From assembly GCA_037447605.1 (NCBI GenBank), contig CM074819.1, positions 2,345,580 through 2,409,579 on the forward strand: a stretch of 64,000 bases of DNA, written 5' to 3'. Position 1 is the stretch's first letter; every line of letters starts with the position of its first letter. Below the pieces are notes generated by a model. The model did no database searches and was not told the DNA's origin. It worked only from the letters and a program-made list of their open reading frames with translations. The position numbers and the translations under genes are program-made. This DNA comes from Zygnema circumcarinatum SAG 698-1b. Lineage: Eukaryota; Plantae; Zygnematophyceae. This document shows positions 45,801 to 57,010 of the stretch, piece by piece.

Positions 45801-48800
45801 AGCATCACAAACCACTTCATAAGGCGGGCCGGGTCCTTCATGAGGTAAGGTCGCGGTAACAAGTGCATAGCACACCCCGAATGCATTACGGCATTGGGGG
45901 TGTAGGGAACTTAGGAGCGTATGCCAAATTAGTCAAGGGAGTAACCAACTTACTAAACCCTTGGATGAACTTACGAAAATAGTTCGCAAATCCCAAGAAG
46001 GACCTCAACTGATGCAAGTCAGTCGGGGGTGCCCAAGTTTCTACCGCTGAAACTTTGGCAGGGTCTGGCCGAAGGCCCTGATCATTGAGAATATGCCCAA
46101 GATAAAGCAACTCGCGCTGCATGAAGTGACACTTCTTCCTCTTGGCATAAAATTGGTGTTTCCTCAGGGTCTCAAACACTTTCCGAACGTGTTCAAGATG
46201 TTCCTCCTCTGTCTCACTAAAGACAAGGATATCATCGAGGTAAACCAAAACAAACTCGTCCATGCCGATGAACATTTCGTTCATCACGGCCTGGAAAGTT
46301 GCCGGAGCATTAGTCAATCCAAAGGGCAAAACCTTATATTAGAAATGACCAATCGGCGTCCGGAACGCAGTTTTTGGCACATCAGCTTCCGTGACGCGGA
46401 TCTGATGATACCCCTGAGCAAGATCAAGTGATGTAAACACTTTGGCGCCGTGAAGACGATCCAACAGATCATCAATACGTGGTAAAGCAAAACGGTTCTT
46501 TACGGTGATCTTGTTGAGTGCGCGATAATCAATGCACATCCTCAACGAGCCATCTTTCTTCCCAACAAACAAGATGGGCGCCCCAAAGGGGCTTTGACTG
46601 GGTTCTATCCAGCCCTTGTCACGTAAAGTTGCCAACTGCTTTCGCATCTCTTCGGTTTCTTTCGGGCTTAACCGATAGATCGGCCGCCAAGGCGGCTTTT
46701 GCTCAGGCTCAAGAGGGATTGTGTGCCCCACTCCTCTAGATGGTGGCAACCCTCTTGGAAGGTCGTGGGGAAAACATCCACTGAACTCATCCAACGAGGG
46801 TTAGTTGTTTAGATTGAAACGACGAGAGCACATAAAGGCAGGTGTGATCACACTTGTTCTGATCTTCAAAGTAAGCTGAACATCACATAGGTGAAACACT
46901 TTAGGCACGCACTTATGAACAAGGTGCAGCAACTTCATACTTTACTTTGGCCAATTACACTGGCTGGCAGAGATAAGGAGCCAGAGGCACGTACTTGTGA
47001 GGATGTGGCTCTGCCCGAGGGAGTGCGAGGGGTGGCGCTACATGCCCATGTACAGTAATGAGACGAGAAAAGTCCATTTGATAGCTTTTGGCCCATGGGG
47101 TTTAACCAAGCGCACTCCCAAAAAATAACATGTTGCGGGGCGTTTGTTTGAGACACTTGTGCCCCGAGGGTAGGAATAGACTTGATCTTGAGTGTGGCAG
47201 TACAGAGATCTGGCCCTTGCGTCCATCCCTGAAAGTAACACTTTCTGAATGGGGATCTGTGGTCAACCCAAATCGCTGGGTGAATGCAGAACTAACAAAG
47301 TTAGCATCTGCCCGGTATCTAGCCGGTGATAGAAGCTGCTGGGTGGCCGATAGCGATCAGGAGTGAAGGTCGTAGCCCGCGATGGGCAAGGAATGGAACA
47401 TAGATGCGCTATATGCGAGGGTTTGGGGGCGGCAATCTCCACACCAATGTGTAGGAGTAGGCCAACGGCCAAAGTACGGTGGATCCTTCCACACCAGCGT
47501 GGCGCGCCTACTCTGGCCCACCCAACGCCGAAGTAAGCGTTGGGAAAGAGTGCAAACACCATGGCGAGAACCCGGCACATACAGCTAAGACATGAAATTT
47601 CCCACTTGACATACAGCGACCAGCAGCACATTGCATGAGAACATCATCATACATGACGTGAGGATAAAGGCCGTACTTGTCACCATTCATCCGAGCATCA
47701 TAAACCCCGGAAGAAAGTCACTACCGATTGGCGGGGAGAGAGAGAAATGGAAGAAGGGAGTACATCAAACACAAAGAGATCTTGCACTTCGAGAGGCCTG
47801 TCCACCAAGTCAAAAGAATGTCCAGGGTTCAGAAGCAGGTGTCGCTTTTTGCATCCACTGAGTAGCGGCCCCATTTCCCTCCCCTAGCCTAGCATGTCCC
47901 GGCCTTAGCGACCCTAAAGGCTGGCTGAGGGTGGGTTGGGGACACCTCGGCCCCTGCCCTTCTTGTCCGCCAGGGGTGTTGGGAGGGGGCTTGATGGGGC
48001 CTGTACTCACTAGCACGACTTGTGAGAACACTTGTTTACTCCCCGTGCGTAGCTACTCCATTTCCTCACGAGTCAACTTACTGGCGGCCGTGCGGTGGGT
48101 GGGCGGGCAGCCACTTCCGGCTGCTTGCGCTTGTTCTTTCCTGCCAGTTTGGCAGGAGCTGAGGGTCCCGCCTTCCACGACCCTATCACGTCGCCCGACC
48201 TCTGCTGGGGTCGGGAAGGGCCTGCATCGCCTGCAGGGGCGGCGTCCAACTGAATGGCTGCATCAAAGTACAGCTCAGAGTCAGCGGGGTCCCACGGTTT
48301 CAGAGTCCGTGGGTTAGTTCTTAGCTGCTTCCTCAGGNNTGGNTTCAAGNCATTNCTAAAGTGGAAAAAGAACTCAGCCTGTCCAGGCTTGTGAGTGGTG
48401 ATTTGGGGCACCACTTGTCCTTGAGTCTCCTTGGCGCTTTAGCGGCGCGGTTTGGACCATGTTGCGAAACGCTCCGGGCCTCCAAGCGGGATCCAAGGCT
48501 AAAAGTGTTTGATAAGTTCATCACCAAACTTATCCCAGTAAGTGCTGAAGAAATCTCATGGGGGCTCACTACGGTATCTTTGGCTCCTCACGAGTGCTGA
48601 ATAGCCGAGAAGCTTACCCAACTGGAGGGCAGTTGGTACTTGAAGATAAGCGCCGTTTGGCCAACCCTTTGCTCAATGAGCGTACGGTCCGTGGTAGGAT
48701 GTTAAGCCCCGAGGAAGAGGGGCTACCTTGGCCGATTCATTGGGGCATCTCGTGGGACTGGGGGGCAGTCAGGGGCGGATCTCCCTCCGCCGCCCGGCTG

Positions 48801-50176
48801 ACTGCCAGGCGGGGGTCCCCCCCTTCTTCAGGTGGTTGCGCCCACCCATTGGTGACTTCCCCGTGAAACCGGGGGTCGGACTTACGCGAGCCGGGCAGCT
48901 GGCGGTAGAGGCTGCTGTCGGGGCGAGCGGCGCTACGGAAGGTGGTTTTGCTAACCCTTCCCGGGGACTGCTTTGCATCCGCACGCCTCTACGGCTGAGG
49001 GGGTTGGGCATACCTTCTTGATGGTCGAACTTTGTCGAAGAGCTCCGAACTCAGCCCAGGCGTAATCCCACCGGCAGCGGACCCGTGAGCTCCATGTCGT
49101 CCACCTTCCTTGAGCAGCTCAACGTATTCACGTTCTGCTCCCTCACGCTCTTCCCCAGATCCTCAATCCTGTTCCTCATCTTCTGGGCCGCGCCCACGGT
49201 GATGTGGGCCCCGATCATGGGGTAGGGGCCCAGTTGAGGCTTCTACCGGAGCCACGGGCTCCGGTTGGGTGGGGAGAGGGGCGGGATTCTCCGGGTGACC
49301 TTGATCACCCGTGGGCTCGAGACTTCGGCCCCTCAGGTGGCGTGATCTCGAGTTCTCCTCCATCTCCTGGTCGGGGCAGGAGGTGGGGTGGCGGCCCGAG
49401 AACTGCAGGGTCCCTCCGGCCCGGCGTAAGCGTTACCGCTGACGCGGGTTCTGACCGAGAAGGCGCCGCTCGATACCAATATGAGATGCACTCTTGAAGC
49501 TACACGGAATCACACACCAGCACTCATTAAAAGCGGGGGAGGGATTGAGAGAGAGAGAGAGCAGGAGGGTGGCGCAGCTGGCGAGGGGTGCAACCGAATG
49601 CGATGCGTTGGTTGGGTGACGTGAGTCACCACGCCTGCAGCTCCAGGTGGGGCCCTCCTACCGGCATGGAGGTTAGGCGAGCACGTCCAATGGCGGACTG
49701 CCGCGTGTCCTCTCGACCCGAGATGGGTGAGAGGTGTAACATCGAACGCTCACCCGCATTCGCGGCGCCCGCTAACAGCAGCCCAGCGCCGCCCGTACAT
49801 GGAAGTGCAGTGGATCACAGCGGCAGCCTTGGATTCGGCTTGTCGGCTACGTCGACACCAGCGGGTACCCGTAATTATGCAGCCCAGACGAGCGGCCAGG
49901 CCAAAGGGGATCCGGGCGCGGCCGAGATCCAGCGAGACGAGATTGAGATTGGTACTTATCCCAATCACTCCCGCCAAAGCGAGGGAGGGACCTTGAGCTG
50001 GCGAATTGTGTGGCGCCGTGACTTATGTGAATTGCCCCGTGGCCGAACCCGTTCTTCTGGTCACATAGGGTATCCGATGCCTAACCCGTTAGATGCGCAT
50101 TGGATAAAACATAAAACCACGCCCGGGCCCTAAACCCTTCCCCTTGAAAAATTGGCCCCGTAGCGTTTAAGCTACA
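42849..50176 (-). mobile_element. Ty3/gypsy chromovirus 'B/C' (inner, degenerate): 5' LTR 49480-50176, PBS 49468-78, gag-PR, RT 45886-46794, integrase 44200-45300, chromodomain 43846-44097, PPT 43597-43610, 3' LTR 42849-43596
   Basis: RT motifs [34 protein letters not shown] and YLDDIL. Integrase Zn finger HMG...WWPGLSRDV...CPTCQRNK. Chromodomain HPVFHV...EYEVETIQAHR...YLVKWLGY. Confidence 0.93.
43447..43523 (-). promoter_or_regulatory. tRNA-like Pol III A-box/B-box cassette in chromovirus LTR U3 (homologues 51390-51462 and 50041-50100)
   Basis: Minus strand reads TACCTAACGGTTAGAGCATCGG...GGAGGTCCTAGGTTCGAAACCTAA. B box GGTTCGAAACC (43457-67) sits inside a T-arm-like stem. The A-box-like segment is at 43503-16. 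Confidence 0.55.
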
Positions 50177-52572
50177 TTTACGGCAGCAGTTGGGGCCTCG
50201 GAACCCGAGCAGCGCTACGGGTAGATTTCACCACGCACTTTTCTACTAACGCTGAGGACTGCTTTGCATCCACTTGCCTCGGCTGAGGGGGGTTGGGCAT
50301 ACCTTCACCGATCCTCGGGAACTGTCCGAAAGGCCCGAACTCCGACACAGGCGTGTCCGCAGGCGGACCGTGAGCTCCATGTCGTCCACCTGCCTTGTAC
50401 AGGCCATGGTGGCCACGCGCTGCTGCCTTACATCCGCTCCTAGTTCGTCGATCTTCTTCTTCATCTTCAGGGACGCGCCCACCGTGATGTGGGCCCGATC
50501 ATGGGATCGGCGGATTCTGCCGGAGCCAGCGGCTCCGGTGACGCGGGGAAAGGGGCAGCAGTCACCGGATGACCTTGGTCATCCGTGGGCTCGGGACTGG
50601 GCCCCTCCATGGGGGTGGCCGCAGTCTCCGAGTTCTCCTCCATCACCTCGTCCCGAGGGACAGGTGGTGGAGGTGGCGGTCCCGAGGGCCCCGGGTCCCC
50701 TCCGGCCCGGCGAGTGGTCACCATGACCCGCAGGTTCTCTTTCAAGGAGAAGACCGCAACGCGGCTCTGATACCAATGTAACAACTGAAAAACGCCTCTT
50801 CAGTCTGCGCAGAATCACACACCAACACTCCGAGTTCAGCGAGAGAGGGCAGGAGAGAGAGAGAGAGAAGCTTCGGCGGTGGCGCAGCCGATTGAAGTGC
50901 TGGAAACGGAAATGCGGTACGTTGGTTGGGTGGCGTTCACCCCGCGCCCCTTCACGCTTCCCGTTGAACCTCCTACAGCATGGAGGATTGGAAGCGAGAA
51001 CATCCAATAACGGCTTCCTGCGTGTCCCTCCACGACCGAATGATGGAGGAGTACCACAACGTAAAACTCACGCATTCAGCGCTGGCCAGCGCGCGCGGCA
51101 TAGCGGCTTGCCCGCCGCAAATGCGTCGATTACGGTCGGATCCCTACAGCGGCGTGGCGCGGGGATTCGGCAGCCGGCCCTCGATCGTACCTGCTTGAGG
51201 TACCGTAATTATGCGGACGAGCGGCGAAATTCAAAGGGGATCGGGCGCGGCCGAGATCAACTCCAGCGGACGGCGGATTGGTCCGTGGTCTTGCGACAAT
51301 CCCCAATCCTCCCTTAAGCGAGGGGAGGGACCTTGGGCTGGCGGTGTGGTAGCACCCGTGACTATGTGGTACTTGCGTGTGAATTTCCGGTTCTTACGGT
51401 TGAACCTAGGACCTCCGTGGTCCTATAGGGTATCCGATGCCCTAACCGTTAGGTACTGCATTGGATGAAAACATAAAGCCACGCCGGGCCCTAAGTAACC
51501 CTTCCCCCTTGGGGTGACTGTAGCGTTTCGCTACAGAGACACTACTAGTGAACAGCAGATTGATTGGGCTAGGGCCCATGAGGGCCCGAGATCCCAAAGA
51601 GGGGGATTATTGGTATTGGTGTATGATAGTTAGCAGACATTGTGGCACACACTAACTTGTTGTGAATTTTCGGTTTGTAGAACATGAGATCACGCTAGGC
51701 GTGGTGCTCTTAGGAATATGATTACTTTCATTTCGGTGGAGTGCTTGTGAGTCTTGGCGTCTGGTGGCGCTGATTGAATGCATGGCCCGACACATGTCTT
51801 GTGAGGAGAGCGGTTAGCATAGCTTTGGATAATGGTCGCCCGGCGTAGCAGCGAGGCGCCAAAGGATTGGCGGCGGAAGCGACATAAGAGATATTTGGCC
51901 CGAACGAGATGCGCCCGTGGACCGCACTGCGCCAATGTGGATCACATGAGGTTGATGCTCACGGCGAAGTGTGTGGTGAGGCTGGGAAGGAAGCGGCTGG
52001 CGAAGCGGCCAGCTATGCCGGACGGTGTGCGAGCCACGACAAGAACTAGGTGCGCGTGGGTTTCTGAGGCGACTGGCGGTCGGCTGCGCTACCGGTGACC
52101 CGCTGGGACCGGTGCATGGGTTTGCAATGGCGGTGGCGGCGTGACATGTGTGTCACGTCGCGGGGCCTTTCATATTATATAGTGCATAGTTTTTATTATG
52201 GGAGTAACCCCACCCACTACTTTGTCATAGTCTGGGTCTTGATACGTGCTGCTTTCCGTCTTTGCTAGGCTGCCTACACTTATTAATGAGTGAGGTAGTG
52301 GAGTGAGAGGGACCTTGAGTAGTGGGAGAACTTCATTAATGGGAAGGCAGGTTTTATGTCTCTAGGGGTTTTAGAGCCGTGAGCTGCTCTAACACTCTCT
52401 CTGTGATTTCATTTGTGCTTGTCTTGTAGCTTCATTCTGTTGTTATGGGCGATGAGTGAAGTAAGATAGAGCTTTGAGTGTTTGAATGTCTTCATCCGTG
52501 GGAACTCAAGTTCCAATGGAGGGCGACACCCAAGGTGGCGCCGGAAGTGGGGAGCAAACCCCTACTTCAACA

Positions 52573-53370
52573 GGTCACCGATGTGAGGCACGTCGCGAGG
52601 AGGGAGCGGCGGAAGTCCACCAACACGGTCACCAACAGCTTCTGCCGACGCGCCCAGTAGCGTAGAAGCCGAGCAGCGGCGAAGGAGGCGGCGGAAATCG
52701 CGATTTACAGCCGATAAAAAGGTAGCCAAGATGCGGAGGAGGGCTTAGGGGCCGTGCATCTCGAAAGGCGATGCGGCACTGGCGAAGAAGGTATCCAAAG
52801 CGGGTGGCCGAGGCAGCCAAAAACCTCTCCAGCCAGCCATAGGAACAAACTTCGTCGGCTGCATCCGCGGTGAGCATATGCGCTCGCTAGCGAGAAGGGG
52901 CGCATGTGACAGCCGCGCCTTCATGATGTGCTGCCGCGCGTGACAATAAATTCGCGGCGGGTTGGATGCGGTAACACAATATCCCCAAAAATCGCCCGGG
53001 CACCATCCATAAGAGCCGTCGAGGCCGAACTCAGCTGCGCTGCGCGAATAGTCGGCCATTAGAAAGGGGACCTGCCCAGGTGGCTGGCTCCGTCGCTGAG
53101 TGGTTAGCTTCTTGAGCCACCGCGTGTCGCGTGCGTACAACATTATGAGCCAAAATCGTTAGCCCGATGTGCACATGAGTAGATGAACGCCACAGCATCA
53201 ATGAATCACCACAAGCACAGCGAGGGAGAACCCTGCAATGGCGGATGGGGGAGCCGAGGGAGGCAGTCGGCGGCTGCCGGCAGCCTGGGGGTCAAGCGAA
53301 GGGTGGAAAATATGGGGATGAAGCCAACCAAGCCCGGCCCGGGACCGCGCGCTGAGAAAGCGAAGCGAGC
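52573..53370 (-). mobile_element. Degenerate C-terminal ORF2 of an RLE-type (CRE/R2-group-like) non-LTR retrotransposon
   Basis: Frameshifted motifs in the expected order: CACG (53208-22), H...AHNVVRD (53124-51, after removing one 4-bp duplication), GDIVLPHP (52960-86) and KFVPMA (52833-55). Confidence 0.6.
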
Positions 53371-53498
53371 NNNNNNNNNNNNNNNNNNNNNNNNNNNNNN
53401 NNNNNNNNNNNNNNNNNNNNNNNNNNNNNNNNNNNNNNNNNNNNNNNNNNNNNNNNNNNNNNNNNNNNNNCTCTCTCAACCACCCTGTCCGTCCGTAC

Positions 53499-56400
53499 CT
53501 TTTTGTGAATTTCCAGAACAGTATCAACCGTTGCCTGCAGGTAGTCCGTACAGGGCTCCTCCAAGTAATGGAGCTGCACAGGGTGCAGCCTTCCCTGCAT
53601 AACTCCCAAATCTTCAATTCAAAAACATGAAAGAAACATTCCAAATGTTTAACAAATTTTGAAACTAACTAAAACGTACACGATCTCAGCACGTGGGCGA
53701 TGAGATTAAGGAATCTTAAAGAACAATTAGACTTTTTTTAAAACGAATGAAAAAATCTCCTGACCTCAACTGAAAGAATCGCAGGTTTCCTGCTCGGGAG
53801 GTCGGTCAAATTTTCAATTTTCTTCGCCCGCTCCATGCTGCAGTTTGCAGAAAAAAATGGAAGGAGCAAAAGGGGTTCAAAATTCTGCTCAGGAGCAATG
53901 AGAACAGGACTATAAGGGAGAGGGAGAGGGAGGGAGAGAGGGAGAGGGAGAGGGAGAGGGAGGGGAGAGGGAGAGAGGGAGAGGGAGAGAGGGGGAGAGG
54001 GGGAGGGAGAGGGAGGGAGGGAGAGGGAGAGGGAGAGGGAGGGAGAGGGAGGGAGAGGAGAGGGAGAGGGAGAGGGAGAGGGAGAGGGAGAGAGAGGGAG
54101 AGAGAGAGGGAGAGAGAGAGAGGAAGAGAGAGAGAGCGGAGAAACTCGTGCCTGGTATCAAAGAAGTGAGCCATTTCTTCTGCCGCCATTGTCGCTGAAG
54201 CGACCACAAGACGCAGGTCCGGTCGTCTTCGCTGAACCTGCACTGCTCATTAAAGTAATTCAAAAAAGAAAAAAAAATACTGAAACGATTCTTTATTCTG
54301 TATTCTCTTCTTTCTGAAGAATTTCGGAAATTTGGTCGGACCATATTCGGTCTCCCCTCCCCTACTTCGTTCCCTCCCCCTTTTTTTTTTGTTTCGAAAT
54401 TGGATACCTTCTTGAGAAGGCCAAGCACAATGTCAGTGGCGATGCTCCGCTCATGGGCTTCATCGATCATTATTACGCTGCCACGTGGGAGAGGGAGAGG
54501 AGGGAGAGGGAGGGAGGAAGGAAACAGAGAGAGAGAGAGAGAGAGAAAGAGTCGAAAAGGGAGAGGACGGGGGAGAGAAGCAAAGAGAGGCAAAGAGAGA
54601 GAGAGAGAGTATTACAATACTTCGTGAATCATTAAAATATGGGAGGAGAAAAAGTGATGCGGAAACCCTAAAAACTATGTGAAACTTTACATTCTATTAG
54701 TAGGGCCTAATAAGTTTCATGTAATCCAGTAATTTAATTAGTTTAATTTATTCATTCGCTACAGAAACCCTAAAAAGCTGAGAGTGGTAAAAACCTGTAG
54801 GAGCTAAGCAGAGGGTCCTCCATCATCTCCCTCAGCAGCACTCCGTCAGTCAAATACTTGACACGTGTCACCCCCTGATTGCAGGAAGGAAGCCATTTCC
54901 ATGAGCATCGTAACCAGTTCAGTTTTTTCGGAGCCCTAAAATCTTACCTTGCAGCCCAAATTGCAGGGCAAGTCTAGAGTCTCTCATGAGTTCAATGTTT
55001 GGAATTAGGGCAAGGGAAGGGTTGAACTTTTTAGGGTTCTTCTAGGGTTTTAGAGTTAGGGTTTTAGTGTTAAGGTTTTAGAGTTAGGGTTTTAGGGCTC
55101 ACACGTGTGGTAACATTTTCGAAGCGGATGGAGTACCCGACTTCCTCTCCGAGAGAGACTCTCATCTCTTCCGCCACACGTGCGGCCACAGTCTGAAAAA
55201 CCAGCATCAAACCGGCAACCGGTTTTCATTTTCTTGACAGCAAAAAATGTGGAAATTACCAATAAATTAAGTGCATGGAAATCGAAACTCTAATTCTGAA
55301 CCCTACAGCGAAAGAGCCCTGAACCCTGAGTCCAAGCCCTAACAAACCCTAAAGATGGAACTCTAAAGCTTGATAAGCTTCAAGTATGCAACCCTTATCT
55401 GAACCCTAGCAAACCCTAACTGTAACTGTAACTGTAACTGTACGGCATGGAACATGGAGGCAGACCTGCACTGCCACGCGGCGCGGCTGAGTGCAGCCAA
55501 TGAGCCGCCCACCTGCTGCCCAGCCTGCCTCGGCCAAATACTGAAAGAAAAGAGGGACATAGTAAAGGGGAAAAGAAAACAATGATGTGTCAGTTTTGGC
55601 ACAGAGAGGGAGAGAGAGAGAGAGAGTGAGAGAGAGGGAGAGGAGGGAGGGAGAGGGGTTGAGGGCGGGAGTGAAAAGGAGAGAGGAGAGAATAGAGGGA
55701 GAGGGCGCAGGTTGAGGAAGATTTAAAGTGAGAGAGGAGAACTGGAAGACGAGATGGGGGCGAGAGAGAGTGAGAGAGAGAGAGGGGGGGGGGGAAGAGA
55801 GATGAGAGCTCAGGAGGTCGTCAAGAATACAGAATAGAACAAGGAGAGAAAAGGAGGGTGAGGGAAAGAGCGAGAGAATAGAGAAGAGAACAAGGCAGAG
55901 AGAGAGAGAGAGAGAGAGTGGGAGAGAGAGAGAGTGGGAGAGAGTGGGAGAGTGAGAGAGTGAGAGAGTGAGAGAGGAACTTACTTGTGGTATTTGAGTA
56001 GACTTTCCGCTCCCTGTCTCTCCAACAATGACAGTTGTCGCATGCTTCTCCACGAGATATAAAACAGCGGTTCTCCGCTGAAAGATGGGCAGCCTTTCCC
56101 TCTGTTGCTGAAGGCTTAATCCGTCGGCCCTGCAAATAAAAAGAATTAAAGCAAACAAACACGTGAGAGAAAAAACAACTCCCAAAGCACAAAAGAAAAA
56201 AGAGTTTACAGAAATTTGTTGGACTGGAGAATAAGAACCTTTCAATGTGACTTTATTAAACGTGATTTTAATATTTTTTTTTTGAGATTTTGATCGTCTT
56301 GACAAATGGACACATCGTCAGGTTTTAACGCTTCAATCATCGCCGAATTTCAGTTTCAGTTTAAGTTTTAGGGTTAATAATCAACACCGTTGCAATCAAT

Positions 56401-56645
56401 CAGGTTTCAAACTTGTGCGAATTTGTGTCTTGATGTGTGCAGAAGGTAAAAATTAGGGCGGAAGGGATTGAGGGATTAAGGTTAGGGTTCAGGTTCAAAA
56501 TTAGGGTTTGAGAAATTCAGGGTCTGCAGCTTCACCTTCCTCTGACGGCCATGGCTGCCGCAGCGCCATCTCCTTCATCTCTGTCCACTTCCGCAGACGG
56601 AGGAAGCTCCGGAGCAGAGGCTCCGGGCTTCCAGAAACCGGCCAT
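53499..56645 (-). CDS. DHX35: DEAH-box RNA helicase DHX35-like (plant DEAH9), 5' nine exons only; truncated by the 53371-53470 gap
   Basis: N-terminus MAGFWKPG. Motifs GETGSGKSTQIPQ, TQPRRVAV, VGYSIRFE, KYLTDGVLLRE, IDEAHER, ASAT and GRLHPVQLHYLEEP. Exons 56645-56536, 56129-55985, 55540-55466 and following join in phase. Confidence 0.9.
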
Positions 56646-57010
56646 AGAGAGAGAGGGAGAGGGAGAGAGGGAGGGAGAGGGAGAGGGAGAGGGAGAGAGG
56701 GAGGGAGAGGGAGAGGGAGAGAGTGGGAGAGAGACGAAGCTTTCGTAAAGTAAAATATGATCGTTAGAACTTTGTTTCTCCGCCTTTCCCGGGGGCGAAA
56801 ATTCATGACATTATCGAGGCGCTACCGTACGATTTCGTTCATATCCGTGTTCGTACCTTGTAATAAGTGCCTTTATCGAGAGTGTGGTGTCCAGAGCGGT
56901 CGCTCATTGGCTCACCGACATTTTTTTTTACTTTGGCCCGTACATTTGTCATTACTGCTTAACTTTATCGAGGAAATCCATACAAGGGGTGATGGTCGGC
57001 CAATGAGACA

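Larger units (their letters stand above)
40723..51535 (-). mobile_element. Ty3/gypsy chromovirus 'A' (outer): 5' LTR 50777-51535, PBS-Met 50764-75, gag split by the inner element, degenerate zinc knuckle, protease and RT start; remainder lost in the 40713 gap
   Basis: TG...CA LTR ends. PBS TGGTATCAGAGC. Gag sequence is colinear across the insertion (50177 to 42848). ORF 40580-41395 has protease-like LKIKLQSY...DVILGSAWL and DEFRDVFPDDLPRGL. Confidence 0.82.
40572..52572 (+). mobile_element. LTR retrotransposon 'D' (superfamily unresolved): 5' LTR start 40572-40712 (cut by gap), PPT 51596-51607, 3' LTR 51608-52572
   Basis: Starts TGTTAG and ends TCAACA. Exact 5-bp TSD GGTCA at 40567-71 and 52573-77. 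40572-40690 is homologous to 51608-51720. PPT AAAGAGGGGGAT precedes the 3' LTR. Confidence 0.82.

Noticed and set aside
51540-51550. CACTA transposon terminus (CACTACTAGTG)
   Set aside because: No matching opposite TIR. The segment is explained as element D's internal sequence just before its PPT.
52745-53143. Continuation of DHX35 (QPPGQVPFL resembles PPGDILVFL)
   Set aside because: No further helicase motifs follow, and the region aligns with the LINE family and carries RLE-like motifs.
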